The notes beneath the pieces are model-generated. The model worked only from the letters and a program-made list of their open reading frames with translations, did not search any database and had not been told where the DNA came from. A stretch of 64,000 nucleotides of DNA from Candidatus Omnitrophota bacterium (GTDB taxonomy: Bacteria > Omnitrophota > Gorgyraeia > 2-01-FULL-45-10), in NCBI GenBank assembly GCA_041648975.1, contig JBAZNZ010000006.1, positions 5,723-69,722 of the forward strand, given 5' to 3'. Below, in pieces: positions 58,225-64,000 of this stretch (its first letter is position 1; every line of letters starts with the position of its first letter). The translations under genes were made by a program, and so were the position numbers.

Positions 58225-58875
58225 ATGAGACACAGAAAAAAACATTCAAAGTTAAGCATGATGACGAGCCGCAGGACTATGACGATGCGGAATATGGTCA
58301 GGGGCCTGTTCAAGCATCAAAAGATAGTGACCATCCTCGCGCGCGCCAAGGAGGCCCGCAGGCTCGCCGAAAAGCTCATTACGATCGCTAAGAATGATAC
58401 TGTAGTCGCCAGGCGAAGGGCCTATGCCGAACTCGGCGACAGGGACATGGTTGCGCGCCTGTTCAAGGAGATCGCGCCGCTTTTTAAGAACAGGCAGAGC
58501 GGCTATACCAGGATTATTCCTCTGGGGTTCAGGCGGGGTGACGGCGCTACTTTGGCTATCCTGGAATTGACCGAAAAGAAGATTGTGGAGAAGCTGCCAA
58601 AGAAGAAAACAGATAAGGCCAAGCTCCCCGACGAAAAAAGCGGCGCGCAATCCGTAAAGCCGGGTAAGCCGGAAGAGTCAAAGAAGCCGAAGGAAGAGCA
58701 GAAAAAAGAGGCGCACAAAGAAGAGCCGAAGATAAAGTCGGTGCCCAAGTCCAAGCCTAGCCTTGAAGAAGAGAAGAGGCATGAGAAGGCAAAGAGCGAA
58801 GATAGAAAGGCTGCCGGCCAGCGCGGTTTCATGAAGAATCTCCGCGGTTTATTCCGTAAGCGGGGAGACAGGTAG
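58225..58875 (+). CDS. rplQ: 50S ribosomal protein L17 with a roughly 95-aa K/E-rich C-terminal extension
   Basis: L17 core (MRHRKKHSKLS...), then a low-complexity tail. Confidence 0.9.
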   Translation: MRHRKKHSKLSMMTSRRTMTMRNMVRGLFKHQKIVTILARAKEARRLAEKLITIAKNDTVVARRRAYAELGDRDMVARLFKEIAPLFKNRQSGYTRIIPLGFRRGDGATLAILELTEKKIVEKLPKKKTDKAKLPDEKSGAQSVKPGKPEESKKPKEEQKKEAHKEEPKIKSVPKSKPSLEEEKRHEKAKSEDRKAAGQRGFMKNLRGLFRKRGDR

Positions 58876-58896
58876 CGATACTGATAGATCATAGCC

Positions 58897-58936
58897 AGCC
58901 CCCTGATCTGGTTAAGCCAGACCAGGGGGCTTTTTA
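58897..58936 (+). terminator. rho-independent terminator of the alpha operon
   Basis: AGCCCCCTGATCTGG-TTAA-GCCAGACCAGGGGGCT followed by TTTTT. Confidence 0.7.
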
Positions 58937-59032
58937 TGCGTTTGCGGCTACAAGAGTTTACAAAATTTACGCTTGCGATTTGCTCTATTTATTATATAAT
59001 ATATAATATAATATTGCTAAATAGGAAGAATT

Positions 59033-60199
59033 ATGAGGCTTGCCAAAAGAGTGTCGGATATCGCAGGATCGGTCACGCTTGAAATAGCCGCTAAGGCCAA
59101 AAAGATGGTTTTCGAGGGTGCCGATGTAGTAAGCTTGTCGGCGGGCGAACCGGATTTCGACACGCCTTTGCACATTAAAGAAGCGGCAAAGCAGGCTATC
59201 GATAAAGGTTTTACCAAATATACCCCATCAAGCGGTACGCTTGAGTTAAGGGAGGCCATATCGCGCAAGTTCAAAGCCGATAATTCGCTCGATTACAGTC
59301 CTTCGCAGATAGTCGTTTCGAACGGCGCGAAACATTCTCTCAATAACGTTATCCAGGTTTTATGCGAGGAAGGCGACGAAGTCATAATACCGTCGCCTTA
59401 CTGGTTGAGTTATCCCCCGATGGTCAAGATGGCCGCAGCCCGTCCTGTATACTTAGAAACGGACAGGGCCGCCTGTTTTAAGGTGACCGAGAGGTCGCTT
59501 ACGTCCAGGCTTACGAAGAATACCAGGTGCCTTATATTGAACAGCCCCTCCAATCCGACCGGCTCGGTTTACAACGCGGAAGAGCTGAAGATGATAGCCC
59601 GGCTTGCTGTCAAACACAATTTTTTTGTACTAAGCGACGAGATATACGAGAAACTTATCTACGATAATAAAAAATGCGTATCTATAGCGTCTTTGGATAA
59701 AGATATCTATGGACTCGCTATAACGGTTAACGGATTATCGAAGAGCTATTCCATGACAGGATGGCGGATAGGATATGCGGCAGGACCTTTAGATGTAATG
59801 AAGGCTGTGGCCAATCTCCAGAGCCACGCGGCTTCGAACCCTGTTTCCATAAGCCAGAAAGCGGCGCTTGAGGCATTGACCGGCAGCCAGGAATGCGTGG
59901 AAGAGATGAGGGTCGAATTTCAGAAGCGGCGCGATTATATGGTAGCCCGCATAAATAGCATGAAAGGGATATCCTGCGATAAACCTGAAGGCGCTTTCTA
60001 TCTCTTTTGCGACATATCCAAGCTTAAGATAGGATCGATAGACGCTTCAAAACGTCTCCTTGACGAGGCTAAAGTAGCTGTGGTGCCGGGCGGACCGTTC
60101 GGGGCAGATCATTTCGTACGGTTAAGCTTCGCGACCGGCATGGAGAAGATAAAAAAAGGATTGGACAGGATAGAGGGATGGGTGGATAAAAATGGGTAA
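59033..60199 (+). CDS. class I pyridoxal-phosphate aminotransferase (aspartate aminotransferase-like)
   Basis: PLP-lysine region GLSKSYSMTGWRIGY, NPTG motif, 388 aa. Confidence 0.8.
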   Translation: MRLAKRVSDIAGSVTLEIAAKAKKMVFEGADVVSLSAGEPDFDTPLHIKEAAKQAIDKGFTKYTPSSGTLELREAISRKFKADNSLDYSPSQIVVSNGAKHSLNNVIQVLCEEGDEVIIPSPYWLSYPPMVKMAAARPVYLETDRAACFKVTERSLTSRLTKNTRCLILNSPSNPTGSVYNAEELKMIARLAVKHNFFVLSDEIYEKLIYDNKKCVSIASLDKDIYGLAITVNGLSKSYSMTGWRIGYAAGPLDVMKAVANLQSHAASNPVSISQKAALEALTGSQECVEEMRVEFQKRRDYMVARINSMKGISCDKPEGAFYLFCDISKLKIGSIDASKRLLDEAKVAVVPGGPFGADHFVRLSFATGMEKIKKGLDRIEGWVDKNG

Positions 60200-61454
60200 A
60201 ACTATTGCGGAAAAGATATTATCTCATCACTCAGGCAAGGACCTGAAAGCCGGCGATATCGCGATATGCGACGTAGATTTCTGCTTCGGACAGGACGGCA
60301 CAAGTTCCATAATAATCGACAGTTTTACAAGGCTGGGCGTGAAGAAGGTCTTCGATAAGGCAAAATTTTGCATTGTAATAGACCACAGCGCGCCGAGCCC
60401 TAACCTGGGAGTTTCGGAGATACACCGGAAGATCAGGAAATTCTCCAAGACATTTGACGTCGGCTTATACGATGTAGGGTGCGGCGTATGCCACCAGCTC
60501 GTTCCGCAAAAGGGCCATGTAACGTGCGGCGGCCTCGTCCTTGGCGCCGACTCGCATACATGCACATACGGCGCCATAAATGTATTTTCTACCGGTGTGG
60601 GATCTACCGACGTCGCGATAACGCTTGCAAGCGGGAAGAACTGGTTCAGGGTGCCGGAGACGATAAAGGTTATAGTCTCGGGGAAGCTGCCGAAAGGCGT
60701 CTATTCAAAAGATATAATACTGCATATAATAAAAGATATCGGCGCGAACGGCGCAACATATAAATCGGTGGAGTTCTCCGGCAGCGCCATATCGGACCTT
60801 AGCGTCGACGCCCGGTTCACCATATCGAACATGGCAGTGGAGATGGGCGCCAAGGCCGGATTGATGGAAGCCGACGAAAAGGTGCTGAAGTGGCTGTCGG
60901 AGCGCTCTGATAAGGAGCCTAAGCCTGTAAAACCGGATCCGGACGCCAGGTATTGCGCGATAAAGAAGTACGATGTTTCCAAAATTGCTCCAAAAGTCGC
61001 TAAGCCGCACGCCGTTGATAACGTCTCAGACGCGGCTGAGCTTGCCGGAGTGAAGATAGACCAGGCATATGTCGGGACTTGCACTAACGGAAGATTGGAA
61101 GATCTCGAGATCGCCGCGAAGATATTGAAGGGCAGGTCCATTCACCCCGACGTTAAATTTATAATTGCTCCCGCTTCAAGAGAGATATATTTGCAGGCCA
61201 TAAAGAAAGGGCTTGTGGAGATATTCGTAAAGTCCGGTTGCACGGTCGTCGGGCCGGGCTGCGGACCGTGCGTCGGCACCCATAACGGCGTCCTGGCTGA
61301 CGGAGAGGTCGCGATATCGACTGCTAACAGGAATTTCAAGGGCAGGATGGGTAATCCCAATTCATTCATATATCTGGCGAGCCCGGCTACTGTGGCCGCT
61401 TCTGCATTGACTGGGACCATCTCGGACCCGCGAGAACAGAAAAAGAGGCTTTGA
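60192..61454 (+). CDS. aconitase-family dehydratase large subunit (LeuC / homoaconitase-like)
   Basis: 420 aa. Fe-S cluster ligands in the GxCTNGR and GPGCGPCVG contexts. Confidence 0.8.
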   Translation: MGKTIAEKILSHHSGKDLKAGDIAICDVDFCFGQDGTSSIIIDSFTRLGVKKVFDKAKFCIVIDHSAPSPNLGVSEIHRKIRKFSKTFDVGLYDVGCGVCHQLVPQKGHVTCGGLVLGADSHTCTYGAINVFSTGVGSTDVAITLASGKNWFRVPETIKVIVSGKLPKGVYSKDIILHIIKDIGANGATYKSVEFSGSAISDLSVDARFTISNMAVEMGAKAGLMEADEKVLKWLSERSDKEPKPVKPDPDARYCAIKKYDVSKIAPKVAKPHAVDNVSDAAELAGVKIDQAYVGTCTNGRLEDLEIAAKILKGRSIHPDVKFIIAPASREIYLQAIKKGLVEIFVKSGCTVVGPGCGPCVGTHNGVLADGEVAISTANRNFKGRMGNPNSFIYLASPATVAASALTGTISDPREQKKRL

Positions 61455-61455
61455 G

Positions 61456-61956
61456 ATGAAGCATTTCGCCAGAAGATTAAAGGTCCAGGACAATATCAAC
61501 ACAGATTATGTCATCTCAGGCCGGTATAAATTTAAAATACAGGATCCAAAGGAGCTCGCCAAGCACATATTCGAGGATATAGACCCGAACTTTGCCGCAC
61601 GCGTATTAAAAGGCGACCTCCTTGTCGCAGGCGAAAATTTCGGCTGCGGCTCTTCCCGCGAACAGGCGCCGCAGTCGCTCAAGCAGGCGGGTTTTTACGC
61701 GATTGCCGCAAAGAGCTTTGCCAGGATATTTTACAGGAACGCCTTTAACATCGGCCTGCTCCTCATCGAATGCAATACGGACTTTATAGATGACGGTGAT
61801 GAGCTAGAGCTGGATATTGAGAACGGCAAACTCAGAGACAGGGTAAAGGGGCTTGTCCTCGACATAAAGCCGGTGCCGCCGGTCATGAAAAAGTTGCTGG
61901 ATGACGGCGGAGTCATCGAACATTTCAAGAAACACGGAGGATTTAAGTTTGAGTAA
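61456..61956 (+). CDS. aconitase-family dehydratase small subunit (LeuD-like)
   Basis: [18 protein letters not shown], the swivel-domain motif. Confidence 0.8.
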   Translation: MKHFARRLKVQDNINTDYVISGRYKFKIQDPKELAKHIFEDIDPNFAARVLKGDLLVAGENFGCGSSREQAPQSLKQAGFYAIAAKSFARIFYRNAFNIGLLLIECNTDFIDDGDELELDIENGKLRDRVKGLVLDIKPVPPVMKKLLDDGGVIEHFKKHGGFKFE

Positions 61957-63037
61957 ATATAAGATAACATTGATACCCGGCGACGGCACGGGGCCTGAAC
62001 TTGCTCTTGCGGCCAGGCGGTGTGTGGATGCTCTCGGCCTTAATATAGAGTGGGAGGTCATGGAGGCCGGAGAATGTGCGTTGGAAAAATATAAGACGCC
62101 TCTTCCGGATAACGTGCTCGAATCGATCAAACGCAATAAGATCGCTTTGAAAGGGCCTATTACTACACCCATAGGTACGGGATTCAGAAGCGTTAACGTA
62201 GAGCTGAGGAAGAGGCTCGATCTCTATGCCTGCCTCAGGCCCTGCAAGAGCTATACCGGTGTACGGAGCCGTTATGAAAACATGGACCTCGTGGTGGTCA
62301 GGGAGAATACTGAGGATCTTTACGCAGGCATAGAGTTCGAAAAAGGGGCTGCGGAAACAAGAGAGCTTATATCTTTGCTGGAAAAAATGAGCAAGAAGAA
62401 GATACGGCCCGATTCAGCGATAAGCATTAAACCCATATCGGTTGAAGGTTCGCGCAGGATAGTCAAATACGCTTTCGAATACGCCGTAAAGAACAACCGC
62501 AAGAAAGTGACGGCTGTCCATAAGGCCAATATCATGAAGTATACTGACGGACTTTTTCTCGAAGTTGCCCGCGATGTGGCTAAATCATATTCCGGTAAGA
62601 TAATATTCGAAGATAGGATAGTCGACAATATGTGTATGCAGCTTGTGCAGAAACCTGAGGATTACGATGTCCTGGTCCTGCCGAACCTTTACGGCGATAT
62701 ACTGTCTGACCTGTGCGCAGGCCTGGTAGGCGGACTTGGCGTAGCGCCGGGAGCGAACATAGGCGACGGACTCGCCGTATTCGAGCCTACGCACGGCAGC
62801 GCGCCGAAGTATAAAGGCATGGATAAGGTAAATCCGGCGGCAATCATACTTTCCTGCGTAATGATGTTAAAATATATGGGCGAAGACGCGCAGGCGGATA
62901 GGTTGGAAAAGGCCATTTCCGCGGTCATAAAAGAAGGCAAAGACGTGACTTATGACCTTAAAAAAGACAGGAAAGACCCTTCGGCTGTAGGGACCAGCCG
63001 CATGGCCGACGCTATAATCGGCAAACTGAAACGATAA
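61949..63037 (+). CDS. isocitrate/isopropylmalate dehydrogenase family protein (NAD(P)-dependent beta-decarboxylating dehydrogenase)
   Basis: [13 protein letters not shown] and [14 protein letters not shown] start at 61949 overlapping the leuD-like stop by 8 nt is preferred to the ATG at 61901. Confidence 0.8.
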   Translation: MSKYKITLIPGDGTGPELALAARRCVDALGLNIEWEVMEAGECALEKYKTPLPDNVLESIKRNKIALKGPITTPIGTGFRSVNVELRKRLDLYACLRPCKSYTGVRSRYENMDLVVVRENTEDLYAGIEFEKGAAETRELISLLEKMSKKKIRPDSAISIKPISVEGSRRIVKYAFEYAVKNNRKKVTAVHKANIMKYTDGLFLEVARDVAKSYSGKIIFEDRIVDNMCMQLVQKPEDYDVLVLPNLYGDILSDLCAGLVGGLGVAPGANIGDGLAVFEPTHGSAPKYKGMDKVNPAAIILSCVMMLKYMGEDAQADRLEKAISAVIKEGKDVTYDLKKDRKDPSAVGTSRMADAIIGKLKR

Positions 63038-63059
63038 CTCAGATAAATACGGGGAGAAC

Positions 63060-63986
63060 GTGAAGATATCCGTAATAGGCGCAGGTGCCGTAGGGGCAAC
63101 TCTGGCACAGAGGATATTGGAAGGCGGGATTGCAGATGTCGTGCTTCTCGATATCCTGAAAAATTTAGCTTGCGGAAAATCACTCGACCTGCTGGATGCG
63201 GCGCCGCTCGTAGGCCACGAGAAGAGCATGACAGGAACCGATGACTATAAAGAGATAAGATCCTCGGATATCGTCGTTATAACTGCCGGTCTTGCCCGGA
63301 AGCCCGGCATGACAAGGGAAGATCTGATCGCCAAAAATGCGGATATTATAAAAGACGTCGCGTTCAATGTGCGCCAATACGCGCCTTCATCGATCGTCAT
63401 AGTAGTTACAAACCCGCTTGACGCAATGACCTATCTTACGCTGAAAATCACCGGTTTTCCAAAGAATAGGGTTTTTGGAATGGCGGGCGAACTGGATGCC
63501 TCGCGATTTATATACCTTATAGCGGAGGAATTAAAGGTCCCGAGGTCGACTGTCAAGACGTATGTCCTGGGCAGCCACGGCGACACCATGGTGCCTGTGC
63601 TGTCTCACACGCGTGTCTCCGGCAAACCTCTTTTCGATATGCTTACTCCGGAAAAGATAGAAGGTATCGTAAAGAGGACCTGCGATCGTGGGGCGGAGAT
63701 AGTCGCTTTATTGGGATCGGGGAGCGCGTATTATTCGCCGAGCGCCGCTGTATTTAAGATGATAAAGGCTATTGCGCTTGATACTAAAGAGGTACTTACG
63801 GCCTCTGTGCTGCTGAGCGGCGAATACGGGTTGAAGGATATCTGTATAGGTGTTCCATGCGAAATAGGCAGGTCCGGCATTGAAGGGATAGTGAAGCTGG
63901 ACCTGTCGAAGGAAGAGGAGACGGCATTTCACAGATCCGTCAAAGCGATAAAGAGTTCCGTAGAACTTTTGCCTGCAGTCGAATGA
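63060..63986 (+). CDS. mdh: malate dehydrogenase (LDH-like family)
   Basis: (M)KISVIGAGAVGATLAQRIL, ITAGLARKPGMTREDL, catalytic SHGDTMVP. Confidence 0.85.
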   Translation: MKISVIGAGAVGATLAQRILEGGIADVVLLDILKNLACGKSLDLLDAAPLVGHEKSMTGTDDYKEIRSSDIVVITAGLARKPGMTREDLIAKNADIIKDVAFNVRQYAPSSIVIVVTNPLDAMTYLTLKITGFPKNRVFGMAGELDASRFIYLIAEELKVPRSTVKTYVLGSHGDTMVPVLSHTRVSGKPLFDMLTPEKIEGIVKRTCDRGAEIVALLGSGSAYYSPSAAVFKMIKAIALDTKEVLTASVLLSGEYGLKDICIGVPCEIGRSGIEGIVKLDLSKEEETAFHRSVKAIKSSVELLPAVE

Positions 63987-64000
63987 TATGAAAAATTACG

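Noticed and set aside
1-64000. CRISPR array or cas genes
   Set aside because: No set of regularly spaced 25-40-nt direct repeats with unique spacers was seen. The only repeats seen are spacer micro-repeats, tRNA-derived fragments and the duplicated tuf.

Overview
This 64 kb window comes from a bacterium with about 50% GC whose phylum cannot be told from sequence alone. Every credible gene lies on the + strand.

Gene order, left to right:
- 1..4.4 kb: housekeeping genes ftsH (3' end), folP, cdaA, a CdaR/YbbR-like gene, pdxJ, acpS and nnrD.
- 4.3..27.4 kb: a tRNA cluster that reproduces the E. coli thrU-tyrU-glyT-thrT-tufB order. tRNA-Thr(UGU) and tRNA-Tyr(GUA) come first, then tRNA-Gly(UCC), then tRNA-Thr(GGU) and tuf. 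Two large insertions have split the cluster apart.
- The tRNA-Tyr gene is interrupted in its anticodon loop by a 210-nt ORF-less group I intron. The intron carries cyanobacterial tRNA-Leu-type core motifs (AATCCTGAGCCAAGCC, GGTGCAGAGACTA, GATAGTCCAAG).
- 5.0..11.5 kb, directly after tRNA-Tyr: an AT-rich accessory island. It holds small membrane and hypothetical genes, a wHTH-nucleotidyltransferase with a partner gene, and a BrnT/BrnA toxin-antitoxin pair. Three degenerate copies of the tRNA-Tyr 3' end lie in or bound it and look like att remnants. No integrase is present.
- 11.9..17.1 kb: a 1220-aa multi-PAS/GAF histidine kinase, two single-domain receiver proteins and tRNA-Gly.
- 17.2..25.9 kb: the MoxR-DUF58-BatABCDE aerotolerance operon.
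- 25.9..58.9 kb: the contiguous translation and transcription core. It runs tuf, rpmG, tRNA-Trp, secE, nusG, rplKAJL, rpoBC, rpsLG, fusA, a second tuf with identical predicted protein and nested-ORF pattern, the S10, spc and alpha operons through rplQ, then a terminator.
- 59.0..64.0 kb: an aminotransferase, LeuCD-like dehydratase subunits, an isocitrate/isopropylmalate dehydrogenase and malate dehydrogenase.

The main anomalies are these:
- The tRNA-Tyr group I intron.
- The island at tRNA-Tyr with its uncharacterised three-gene operons.
- An in-frame TAG at codon 23 of the essential rpsC gene, at a conserved aromatic position.
- Repeat-laden spacers inside the ribosomal-protein operons.
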